Source of the DNA: Mobula hypostoma
Lineage: Eukaryota
Direction of reading: 5' to 3'
Assembly (NCBI RefSeq): GCF_963921235.1
Contig: NC_086118.1
Coordinates: 22,074,001-22,138,000 of the forward strand
DNA: 64,000 nucleotides
Shown: piece by piece, positions 1-11,340 of the stretch
How the letters are laid out: the number at the start of each line of letters is the position of its first letter
How positions within the stretch are numbered: position 1 is the first letter of the stretch
Notes under the pieces: generated by a model
The model's input: the letters and a program-made list of their open reading frames with translations, nothing else
The model's database searches: none
Told to the model about the DNA's origin: nothing
Program-made: the position numbers and the translations under genes

Positions 1-3000
1 GTGGTTGACATTGATGCCTGGGGTGCTTGGGGGTTTCTGGAGCCTCCCCCCCACCCACCCCAGTGGAGGCACTGTTTGGTGGGGCAAGATCCAGGGCACC
101 CAGAGTGTCACCTCCTTCTCTCAGCCTTGCTGGGTCGGTGGTGGCCAAGAGCCAATATGTTGCCAGCCGGTTACTGCCTTCTGGTGCTCAGGCAGTCCCA
201 CCTGGTACACAACATCAGAGATGCAGTCGAGCACCTCTCCCGGCCCCTTCCAGTGGCTTCCAGGCTTGGGGGATAGTGCCTTTTTCTGGGTGGGGCCGAG
301 ATCCATGCTCGGTCCCCCACGGTAATGTTCTCACCCCGGCTGCGGGCAGCATGGGCCTGTTTTTGGCGGCCGCTAGCTGTGCCCTGGTTCTGCTGAGCTG
401 TACTGTGAAGAGCCCGCCGGCGCTCCCTGAGGCACTGCAAGTTTCCCAACCCAGCCTCCCCAGGAAGCCCTGACTCGGGATGGAGACCAAACACCAGATC
501 CATCAGCACGTGTATCTCCCGCCCGAACGTGAGCACAGTCGGTATACAGCTGAACTACTGTCCAGTGTACCGGGGGTAAGCAGTGATCCCAGTCATGCTG
601 GTGCTGGCTGACGAGGATGACAAGCCTGCAGCCCATCACTTTGCAGGTGGGGGGGGTGGTGTCAATCCACAATTTGGTGATTCCCTGCTGCCTGCAGACG
701 TCACCAAACACCTGTGCCTCACAGATGCCCCCATGGTTGCTGTGGAGTACCTCAGGGGTGCCAAAACGCAGAAGAACTCCTCTACGAGTGGTAGCATTCT
801 GGTCACGTGAGCCTCTGGTCATTTTGTGAAGTAATCCTTCGCCACGAGAATGCCAGGTACGGCTACATTGGTGTGTGGGGTGGGGGAAGGGACCCAGGAT
901 ATCCACCCCTACACCCTCCATTGGGGCCCCCATCAGGTACTGCTGTGTTGGTGCCCTATAATGGCAGCCAGGCCACTTCTGGGTCACAGCAGTGCATGAA
1001 CAGTTCCACGTCCTGCCTGCAACCGGGCCAATAGAAGCATTCACGCAGCTTGCCCTCGTCTTTGCAACCCCAGAATAGCCGGCCCCCAGCAGCCCATGCT
1101 CCGACTGCCGCATTGTGGTGTGGAGCCCCCAGGGGCCCTCCAGCTGCAGGAGATGTCTGTCACTGTCGGAAAACTGCCACCACTGGAACAGCAACCCATC
1201 GCTCACTGGTAGAGTACCCCTGCTGAGAGTGTAAGGCTTTGGCCTCTGGATCCAGGGCAGAGGCCCCTGCCCACTCTGGCCGCCGCCCCACACTCAGCCA
1301 TCCCCTACGTATGGCGGCAAGGAGTTCTTCCAGTTTCCGCAGAGCGTCATCAATAATGGCAGCGTGCACCAGGAGATCGTTCAAACAGATGACACAGAGA
1401 CTCCGTGGTATGTGAGCCAGCATCCTCTCCATCAGGCTCTCAAATGTGGCCGGGACATTACCCAGAAGTGCCACCGTTCTTGACAAATGGTGAAGGCAGT
1501 TTTGGGCCAGGGTGACCTGCAGGTAACCGCTGCTGAACCAGGCCGAACAGCGATACAGTCCAGGGCATCATCAATTCGGTAGGAGCCCTTCTGGGTTTTG
1601 GCATTGAGACGGCAGTAGTCCACGCAGAACCACCACAACCCATCTTTCTTCCTGACCACAGGCCATTGGAGGGCCTGAAGATGTCAGCCGCTGCCATTTC
1701 TTTGATTCACTGCTTCGCTGCCTGACGTTTGGCGAGGGCCAGCTGATGAGGCAGTAGGTGGATGGGCTGGGCGGCCTGGCTGTTAATGTGGTGTTGGACC
1801 AGCAAGAGGTCTTTCAGTCACCACTGCTGGCCCTGATCCAAGTCCTTGTGTCCACCAACACATGGTAACTGATGCCCTCCGCCATGTAGTCCACGTATAA
1901 GCCTTGCTCTTCACCCAAACGGCCCACCCGGGGAGGCGACAATAGAGGGATTCTGCTGGAGGTTTCAGGCAGCATTGGATCACCTTGGGGGACTAAAATT
2001 GCTTCTGCTCTCTCTGGCTCGGCCAGCGATGATGGTGATGTCAGGTGAATGTGCTTCTGAAGGTGCTCCAGTGTCAGTGCCTTTAAAAAGGCGTGGAGGG
2101 CAAGCTCTTCCTGGGCTGCAGGAGGGAACTGTGGGAGCTACGCCGAACATGGTGGCGGAGACCTGCCGTGGACACCCCCAAGGCATCCTCCCACACAATG
2201 TCGCCTGCTGCCCAGTTCTTCCCACATTGCTTCCTCCAATGGCTTCCGCTCGAAATGCCGCTACGAGGGCCCTGCTGTCATGCTGCTCAGCTGGCATTAG
2301 GTTGAGGAAGATCCGCAGGGCATCCCCCTCTGCTGCCAGGGCAAGGGGCTCCGCTGTTTCGGTGGAGCTCTACCCATTGAGCAATGTGGCAAGTTTGGCT
2401 TGGGCCAGGTCAGGCTCCAGGCCTCTGGTACCATTGTATCAGGAGAGCTTCAGGATGGACCTTGTGGCGTTAATTGCTGGGACCCATGGGTCCTCTTTCT
2501 CCGGCAGCATCGCTGTTGCCTTCCACGTTGTCTGTCCTTCCATGCCTGTGGCTCCTTGGGCTCCCCAGGTGCAGGACTTGAGGGAGGTGGGTGATGCGCT
2601 CCGCCGTGTAACCCAGGGTACACTCGTCCCATTGGGGTTTCTCCGGTAAGGCACAATGCTCGGTTCCCAGGTTCACCCCGGTTGACGTCTCGTCTTCGGA
2701 AGCCCGGCCCGGGGTTGCAGTGGAGGACCCTGCTTGGCCCCTGGTCTTACTCCCCAGGTCTGAAGGTGCTCCATCCGACGTCATAGCTCTTCAATTCTGC
2801 CGTCAATTTTTAATCTCACTCCTGACACCAAGGCAGCGAGCATTCGGTCCGTGCTGACAGACAAAAAAAAATCTCGTTTATCTCAACTGACACTCTATTG
2901 CGACAAGCGCAATAACAGACAGAGCACCATGGCTCAGTGAGAACTAACCCAGTCACATGCAGATGGGGGAGGTGATCATTACACCCCTTGGTTACAATCA

Positions 3001-3185
3001 GGGTGGCACTCAAGCGAACAATTGTATAACCCGAGCTAAAGTATAATAATAAATGAACCTGAACATCTCACCATAACCCTACTGAACACGCACACCACAA
3101 ATGCATTTTAAAACAAGGACAATAAGTAACACTGGCCGCTAGGACTGCTGGGGCGAGCTGCCGACCACGGCCCTTGGAGCGCACA
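1..3185 (-). mobile_element. Degenerate Ty3/Gypsy LTR retrotransposon (5' LTR, PBS, gag-pro-RT-integrase relics), running off the left edge
   Basis: Minus-strand ORF fragments include RT VRKKDGLWWFCVDYCRLN (1432-1659), FESLMERML...CVICLNDLLV (decayed YLDD, 1160-1486) and integrase GAPMEGVGVDILGPFP...RFGTPEVLHSNHG (373-1293). The PBS is at 2813-2830 and the putative LTR at ~2832-3185. Many frameshifts. Confidence 0.9.
2813..2830 (-). promoter_or_regulatory. Primer-binding site complementary to tRNA-Leu 3' end
   Basis: The minus strand reads TGGTGTCAGGAGTGAGAT, one mismatch from the complement of the vertebrate tRNA-Leu(CAG) 3' end ...ATCCCACTCCTGACACCA. Confidence 0.8.
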
Positions 3186-3299
3186 ATATATATACTTACT
3201 GCAATTCAGCTTTTCCTCTATAATTATGTATTGCATTGTACTGCTGCAACAACATTCGTAACATATGCTGGTGATATTAAACCTGATTCTGATTCTGAT
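3186..3299 (+). mobile_element. Rex1/Babar-type LINE 3' tail with (GATTCT)n
   Basis: Ends ...gatattaaacctgattctgattctgat. The same tail recurs at ~20450, ~25935 and ~35420. Confidence 0.7.
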
Positions 3300-4394
3300 G
3301 TACCAGGGTGGGCTGAAATGTTTTCGTTTGCATGCCATCCAGACAGATCATTTCACACATTAAGTACACTGAGGTAGAGCAAAAGAGGAAAAGAATGCGA
3401 TGTGGTATCCAGGGATGCAGTCAGAAAGATAGCGCAGAGCCGGTAGGCAAGTAAAGGGCAAGGGCCATGATAAGGTATACTGACAGATCTAGGGTTAATC
3501 TTTTCGTATAATAGGCTTGTTCAAGAGTCTTATCACAGCGGATAGAAGCTGTCCTTGAACCTGGTGGTGCTCAAATTAGTTTAAATATTTGCAAGTTGTT
3601 GGGGGGGGTGGGTGGGGGAAGAAACTCACTGCATTTCCAACCCTTATCAAAAAAGACCTTTACTTGAAATTTTCGTATTTATGTGGACTAAGTTGGCATC
3701 TATGTTAAGAGAGCAACCCTTAATAGCAAATGTTTCTACTTCGCATAGTACGTGCTACTTACCGAACTAGCTACAATTTTCTTATAACATATTAAAGTTT
3801 CATTGGAAGCAATCACACCCACACTGTGCTAAATAGGTTGAGAGTAATTAAACATGTCTGGAATTCCAGGAAGCTTTGAGATTCCTTGAGGGCTGCATTA
3901 ACCAATGTATCTTGAAGTTAATGAATTATTCATATAAAAAAGACACAAGTGCTTTGCTCTCTTACTAATACCGTCACAGTTATTGGTTAAATGCCACAAT
4001 GATGCATACTGTAATGGAAAAACAGAGTGGAAATTTCAGTGGTTGTGATCAAATGTTTTTCTTTGCAAACATAACCTCCTTTTACACCTATGAAACAGTG
4101 GTTTTCGTCTAGTTGGAGGCAATGCAGTGGTGCAGATGTTGCCTCAGTTCCAGGTTCCGTGAGGAACATGGTCTGCCTCGTGGAAGAATATTTTTGCGAT
4201 AATCAAAAACATTTAAAATTATTGAAAATAAATATAAAAATTCAAATGAGAAAACGATGTAAACCATCAAAAACTTTGATGAATAATAGAATCATTAGAC
4301 TGAAGGAAACTAATTTGAAATAAATAACTTCTCTTTCAGTTCTTCCTGAATCCCAATGAAAAATCATGAAACTTGGATCAATGTTCTAACGTTC

Positions 4395-4739
4395 CAACGT
4401 TCCCTCTAAGGTGTGCACCCTCACACACAAATCTTTTGCTACTAGCGCACAAAGGAATTTAAGCTGCGCACAAAAGGTTGTCACATTCTACCTCTTTGGC
4501 ATGTTTAAGTATATTTCATAATCGTACACAATGACATTTCCTTTTCCGGTTTATGATGTGGACGGTGTGAACGATATGGAGTTTGAGCTGATTTGTCTAC
4601 AGATTTTGGAACTGGCTTATTTATTCTGTTTTTATTGCTGAAATTATTCAGTGTGCACATGATATTGTCACTGGGCAAAAAAATTGTATAGCACAAGATT
4701 TGTGCGCACTCTGGTCGTTACAAATTAGAGGGAACGTTG
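4395..4739. mobile_element. Non-autonomous DNA transposon (MITE), probably hAT superfamily
   Basis: Perfect 15-bp TIR CAACGTTCCCTCTAA (4395-4409) / TTAGAGGGAACGTTG (4725-4739), with internal GTGCGCAC-like subterminal motifs. No clear TSD. Confidence 0.75.
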
Positions 4740-5211
4740 CTTACATCCATTGGTAATTCTAACCTAGCACAGGATTAGGGAGGTATTCCCCAGCATATAC
4801 ACAACATATTCCAGTACAGAACATGCAGACAGATGTGGCACCACCTGTTCAGAAAATCTGCGTTTGACAAAGTGTGTGTAGGTCCTAGCCACAGATTCCA
4901 GTACACATGGGGATCACGTAAGGTTATGTCACTGCATATGTCACTCTTTTCAACCCTTGCTGAAAATCAGCAGCTCCAGCAAGTTTGCTGCTGAGGTGGA
5001 TTTAATCTATGGAAACAATCAAGGCCAAATTAATTGCAAACTCTGTCACTGGCTGAGACAATGATTTCTTTCTACTTATTTGGAAACTGAGCCCCCAACC
5101 ATTACTGAATCCTTTACCAAAGCGACTGAGAGGAAGAGTTTTACACTACGCACCCAACAGGCAAAGATCCTTCACCAGCCTGCTCCAAATACACAAATTC
5201 ACCATTCTGAC

Positions 5212-5280
5212 CAACTAACAATCTGCTGGAGGAATTTAGCAGCTCAAACAGCATCTGTAGGATGATTGGAATTGTTGACT
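5212..5280 (-). mobile_element. Old Penelope-like element 3' end remnant
   Basis: caatctgctggaggaatttagcag...cagcatctgt...ttgttgac resembles the PLE terminus seen at 52820-52890. Confidence 0.45.
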
Positions 5281-5799
5281 GCTGAGATACTGGCAAATGT
5301 TAGCAAAGAAAAATATTTGATACAAGTGTTCTGGATGCATGATTGTGTGTTTAATCAATACTCAACTTGTAAGAGAGCTGTTAGTAAGATATCACAGCAC
5401 TTGGGTCTCTGTTCACTTTGCACATCTCAGCATCAATTGCTCAGTGAACTCAGACATTAAGCAGGAAATCTATAACTTCCCGGGTAACAGTACAATCTTC
5501 AACCACCTATGAAATAAAGGTGTTCAAAGATGAAGAATGCAAACCTTGCACCAAGATATTGGTCCTCCAAACAACTAGAATCTCTCACACTACTAATTAT
5601 ATCAGCTGAATTGAACTATTTATGGCAGCCTCCACTAAGCTCCAGAGATACACTAAATTCACGAAACCTACTGGCAGGATAGACAGATAAATGTTATCAT
5701 AACCTTGGCCACCATTTGCAGCATTGAGGCTCTGATCACATTCAAACATTTTATGAGGGGAGGGGTTGGGGGCTGATGTTGGGTGATACGTTATCCACA

Positions 5800-6097
5800 G
5801 GACAAGTGGTTAAGGCATTGGACTAGCAACCTGAAGGTTGAGAGTTCGAGTCCCAGCCGAGGCAATGTGTTGTGTCCTTGAGCAAGGCACTTAATCACAC
5901 ATTGCATCGACACTGGTGCCAAGCTGTATGGGTCCTAATGCCCTTCCCTTGGACAACATCGTTGTCATGGAGAGGGGAGACTTGCAGCGTGGGCAACTGC
6001 CGGTCTTCCATACAACCTTGCCCAGGCCTGCGCCCTGGAAAGTGAAGACTTTCCAGGTGCAGATCCGTGGTTTCGCAAGACTAACGGATGCCTTTAC
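5800..6097 (+). mobile_element. tRNA-derived SINE, copy 1
   Basis: Pol III A box (AGTGGTTAAGG) and B box (GAGTTCGAGTCC), body GTGTCCTTGAGCAAGGCACTTAA, tail CTAACGGATGCCTTT. 10-bp TSD TATCCACAGG at 5792-5801 / 6098-6107. A close copy lies at 57932-58247. Confidence 0.9.
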
Positions 6098-9000
6098 TAT
6101 CCACAGGCCTCCTGCCAAACTTCCCAAGTAGGTTCTCAGAGATTTCAGGAAGGCAGAGAAAATGCCTCAGGGGTATCCTCAAAACCTCCTTGAGTAAATA
6201 TGAGTAAATACTCACCAATTTATGGGGATCCCTTATCCAAGACTGCTCAGCCCAGGGACATCACGGAAGGCACAAAGAACCTTGAATATTTCTGATAGGA
6301 TCAAACAAATAGGCAAAAAAAAGCATGGAATAATGCAATCAACCAGTCTTCACCCATCTGTCCTGTCAAATACCACTTGGTCCAACAGTGTTGGTGCCTG
6401 CAGCTCTTTTACAGGGTTCATTGTTCACCACAGACAGGTGATGTAAGTAAGCCATCTTCATTCCTGAGAGAATGTTTAAGAAGACAAGATTATATATTTT
6501 AGTGACATTAATTAAGGAAAGTAAGTTTTCAGATGATTTCATGGATTTTGGGATTTTTAACATTCAACTGAACCTTTGGGATATGCTGATAGGGCTAATT
6601 TATTATCTCATCTGATGGAAAACATGCTCGCTGACATTATATTGTTAAATACTTCAATAAAGGTTTGGCCTAGATTCTAAGCTCCAGTTTTAATATTAAA
6701 TTCAACCTCTAGGCTGTTGAATAAAAACAACAGATTCAGAACATGGCTCTTTTAATTTTCTTTATCTGTTTACCGACAATAACATTTTCACAAAATTATC
6801 CCAAAATAAAATACATCTGGCAACAAACAGTTATTTTGGATGTTAACATTTATTTCTGTTATTGATTTTCTTCTCATTTTGAAAATCTCACCTTCTAAGT
6901 TATTGAACCATTTCAGAGGTTTGTTCCTTTCTGAGAACATCTGTATTCTGACCACACACAGTATTCCACTCTGTGAAAGATTGGGGGAAGGGGAAGCATA
7001 ATGTCTCTGGAAGACATCTGAGGGATTTAAAGACTTATTTAAAAAATGTTGAAGGTGTTTTGTTATTAAAGACAGTTTAATGATTTCATTACCTATATCT
7101 GCAGTAGACTCCGGCAAATTATAACTCAGTTATAACAGCAGCAGGACGGCAGCTGTCGTTATCTTCACTGTTAAAGAAAAGAGATACAAAATCAACAATA
7201 TCAGATAAAAACCTGTGTTGTGTTCCTGTCTAAACCATACTGCTTATCTGCCTCTGGCAGAGCTATTGCCTGGTGAGCTGGCTCTAAGAAAGGGAGGATT
7301 TAATACTTGGGAAATATGCTTTTTAATAGTTACTGGCAGAATAACACATTTGCACAACTTGTGAGCCTAACGACACATAAACAGTCACAACGTTGACATT
7401 TATTCCTGCCCCGTGTGTCATGTACATATGCTAATGCAATAAAGACCTTGAAATGTAGATGCTTTAATGTATAAATTTGTTGCAAACTTCATGGTGTATT
7501 TTCTTTCCTTGGTAGACTGAAAATATGAATCCAAAGTAGCAATCTGACCCACAGCCTTACTGTAATAATTGTTATGCGGTTTATCGAAGCACATTAGAGT
7601 CAAATTAATCAGAACTTCCTTTTCAGTGCACTCATAACTCAACGTGTACATATTGATTTGCTTATTTTGAATGGCAGTTACTGGAACATTCTTATGTCAA
7701 CCTTCAACATTGGAAAATTCAAGAAGTCACTTTGAAGTAGCATTAAAGAAAATTGCATTGTTACAGTGCAAACTTCACCCACGAACTACGACCAGGCATT
7801 GTTTAGATCTGGAGTTAATAAGACCTAAAAATACTTTATTTGCTTCCTACCTATCACCATCTCACTTCGTAAACCCGTGAACTTAAGTCAGCGTTATCTT
7901 TGACCACCGAGAATCACTTGTTACAGAACCGCAGGCCTATCTTCTCACATTTGCTTGGATGATTTGAGTCTAAGCTGTGTACTGCCGAACGCAGCAGGAC
8001 CTGCTTGCTGTGATAAGCATGAGCCAGTTAGTTTCAAAAGAAACATTTCAGAAGGGTGTGCACAGCCCTGCCACTGCGGTGCTCTCAGATTTAATGCTGC
8101 TTTGAGACTGACCAAGAAGCTATGTGATGGAAAATAAAATAATATCCCAGAATATTTCTGTTCCTCAGTTATTATCTATGACAGTTGATTAAAGTGGTGT
8201 AGAATAAATAGATCACGAACTCAAGTTTTTTTTTACATAATTTTGAAATGTTTGACAGATTTCTGTATCATAATCTAGCAATAAGTTAATGAAACATCAG
8301 GGCATGATTCATCAAACCTGTACACTAGCCAGCCCTGGAACCTCTGGTGACCCTGACCTTATCCCTGCTAATATTTTCTACTCTATATTGAATCATCCCT
8401 TTTTGAAGTTTTGGAGCTCCTGTAATGGGAGAAATTAGTGCTGTTTCGGTGTTGACGAATGAATCCTAAATTCAATCACAAGACACACGTGTATTAATAT
8501 AGGCGAACGACTGAGAAAATGAATTTGAGCTAAAAGCAGACCAAAGCATAGATGATATGCACCAATCATTTCCTACACCGTACAGAGAATTTGTTACACT
8601 GTATAAGGGTTTGCTGAAAAATCATTGACAGAGTTTCAATGAATCTGTGGTCATTGAATTTCTTTGGTCAGTCAACAGTGTTGTTGCAACTTGACACAAC
8701 CACGAAGATATGAGATGAAAAAGATGCACTCTGAGCTGGATTGCTGATTTTCAGCTAGCAAGTACTTAAAAGTTCGAAGTCATATATTTTCTGAGTATAT
8801 ACAGTATATGTCACGATATACTATCCAGAGATACATTCACAGTAGAACAAAGAAATGCAATAGAATTAATGGAAAAATACACACAAAGACTGACAAACAA
8901 CCGACGTCTAACGGAAGACAAAACTGTGCAGATACAAATAAATAACAAATAAATAATACTGAGAACAAATAAATAAATAGCAAATATATAATACTAAGAA

Positions 9001-9604
9001 CTTGGGTTCTTGGAAGTGAGTCCAAAGGTTGTGGAATCAGTTCAGTGATGAGAATAGTGATTCACACCTACTCACACTGGTTCACTCCCATCCCACGTAC
9101 ATCCACAACACCTCACATGCTCTCAGTCTCTTCAACAACTTTTATTTCCTTGGCTCTGCCTTATTTTCACTATGGATGTCCAGTCCCTATAGACTTCTAT
9201 CCCCCATCAAGAAGGCCTTAAATCTCTTTGCTTCTTTCTCGACAACAGACCTGACCAGTTCCCCTTTACCATTACCCTTCTCTTTCTGGTGGAGATGGTA
9301 CTCAACTTCAACGATGTCTCTTTTGGCTCCTCCCACTTTCTCCAAACCTAAGGTGAAACCATGGGCACCCGCGTAGGCCCCAACTATGCCTGTCTTTTTG
9401 TTGGTTACAAATGATGCTTCCCTACTCTTTCTGTGTTAGATTGACAACTGCAATGGTGCGGATTCATGCACCCATGCTGAGCTCATCAATTTTGTCAACT
9501 TTGCCTCCAGTTTCCACCTTATACTTAAATTCACTTGGTCCATTTCAGGCAACTCTCTCGCCTTTCTCGATGTCTTTGTCTTTATCCCTAGGGACGAACT
9601 GTCT

Positions 9605-10430
9605 TTCTTTCTTTTTCAATCTTTTTATTAATTTCATAGAATGAAAACATAACAAAGCAGAAATACAAGTAGTAGGAGATACATTGTTACATTTAAAATG
9701 AGTAATTGTAAAACCAAATAGTAAAAATTGACGAAGCTCCCAATCGTGTAGGATAATAATGAATAATACAAAGCAAAAAAAAACTGAAGAAAAATCATGA
9801 AAAAGAAAAAAAAAGAAAGAAAAACAAACCTCCATCCCAAAAAAAACTAAACTAAACAGAATTAATCAACTAAACTAAAAGACTTGGGCAATACTAACAA
9901 CTTGAAAATGGGAAAGAAGAAAACCTTAGTGTCGACGACTCCATTCCTCTCAACCAACAGTACAGAGAAATAAAATAAGTTTGGAAATGGTCAAATTACA
10001 TCAAGTGAAAATGCTGAATGAATGGCCTCCAAGTTTTTTCAAATCTAATGGAAGTGTCATAAACTGCACTTCTAATTTTTTCCAAATTCAAACATACCAT
10101 AGTTTGTGAAAACCGATGAAATACCGTAAGAGGGTTAATCTTTTTCCAATTCAGCAAAATGGATCTTCTAGCCATTAGAGTATACAATCATCCTACGTGC
10201 TAAAGAGGTTAGATAATTTGAATCTATCATTGGTAATCCAAAGATAGCAGTAATTGGATAAAGTTGTAAGTCCATATTCAAAACCATTGAAATAATGTCA
10301 AAAATGTCTTTCCAATATTTTTCCAACAAAGGACATGACCAAAACATATGAGTTAAAGAAGCTATCTTGGAATGACATCTATCACATATTGGATTGATAT
10401 AAGAATAATAACGAGATAGTTTATAGTTTA
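9605..10430 (-). mobile_element. 5'-truncated fish-type L1 LINE (ORF2 C-terminus plus 3' UTR)
   Basis: ORF 9996-10187 ARRSILLNWK...LEKIR...FEKTWRPF; upstream CDRC...HMFWSC zinc motif; A-rich tail. 12-bp TSD GACGAACTGTCT at 9593-9604 / 10431-10442. Confidence 0.9.
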
Positions 10431-10500
10431 GACGAACTGTCTACTGATATCATTTCTGAGGATAAACTTTCCGCTGATATCTTTTACAAACCTACTGACA

Positions 10501-11200
10501 TGGGCGCAAGCCCATGATCGACTCCATGTCTCGCTGATCCCACTGATTAAAGTGTTGAGCAAGATAGAAATCAACGAGTACGAGTGCAGAAAGCGAGCAG
10601 GTATTCAATGTCATCTGCCTGCATTTGGCCAGTCTCTCTCTCCCTCTCACTCACTGCTGCCAGAGGAAGGAGCCTGCGTTTGACTGGACTCTCTATTGCT
10701 GCTCCCTGTGGAAGTGCCTGCATTTGACCGGTCTCTCTCTTTCCCTCTCACTCGATGTTGCCGGAGAACGGTGCTGGAGTCTTGGGTCTTGGTCAACGTC
10801 TAATTGAAAATGTTTGAGGATTGTACTCTACAGTTCATGATATGTATGTCTCTGGTTTCTGGTTACTCCTTTTTTTATTGCTATTTTGTGCAATTTTGAC
10901 CAGGTCAGACTAATTCTGTGGCCTGCTGCCAATAATGGATTAAATTGAAAGAAACTGAACATCCCTAGCCTGTTTCAATGATTCTGTGGTTTGATTTTTT
11001 TATATTCTGTGTTTTTCACTCGTATCTTGCCGTTTATGCGATTTTTTTCTTTTTTTTTTGCACATTGGGTGTTAGATGTTTTCTTTGAATGGGTCCCATG
11101 GTTTTCTGTGCTTCATGGCTGTCTGTGGCAAGATGAATCTCAGGGTTACATACTGCATACTTACTTTGATAATAAATGTACTTTATATTTTTGAACCTTT
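10501..11200 (+). mobile_element. Non-coding retroposon (SINE or LINE 3' UTR) with TTTGAAC-type tail
   Basis: Interrupts the PLE and ends ...tttgataataaatgtacttt...tttgaac. Related tails occur in reverse orientation at ~8770, ~15641 and ~45988. Confidence 0.5.
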
Positions 11201-11340
11201 TGACTCTTACAGCAATCTTGACTGTACTCCTTCCCAACCTGTCAGCTGTAAAATTTCCCTTTTCTCACTTCCTTCCTCAGGGGATTGGTTCCTAGGAAGA
11301 GGCTTTCCTTTCCAGAGATCTCCTCTGCAACATCCACCAT

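Noticed and set aside
1975..2649. 224-aa plus-strand ORF and other ORFs in 1-2800
   Set aside because: These are GC-rich antisense or off-frame readings of the minus-strand Gypsy element.
5800..5860. tRNA gene (also 57932-58000 and 15540-15606)
   Set aside because: The A and B boxes run into SINE bodies with TSDs, and there is no complete acceptor stem. These are SINE heads.
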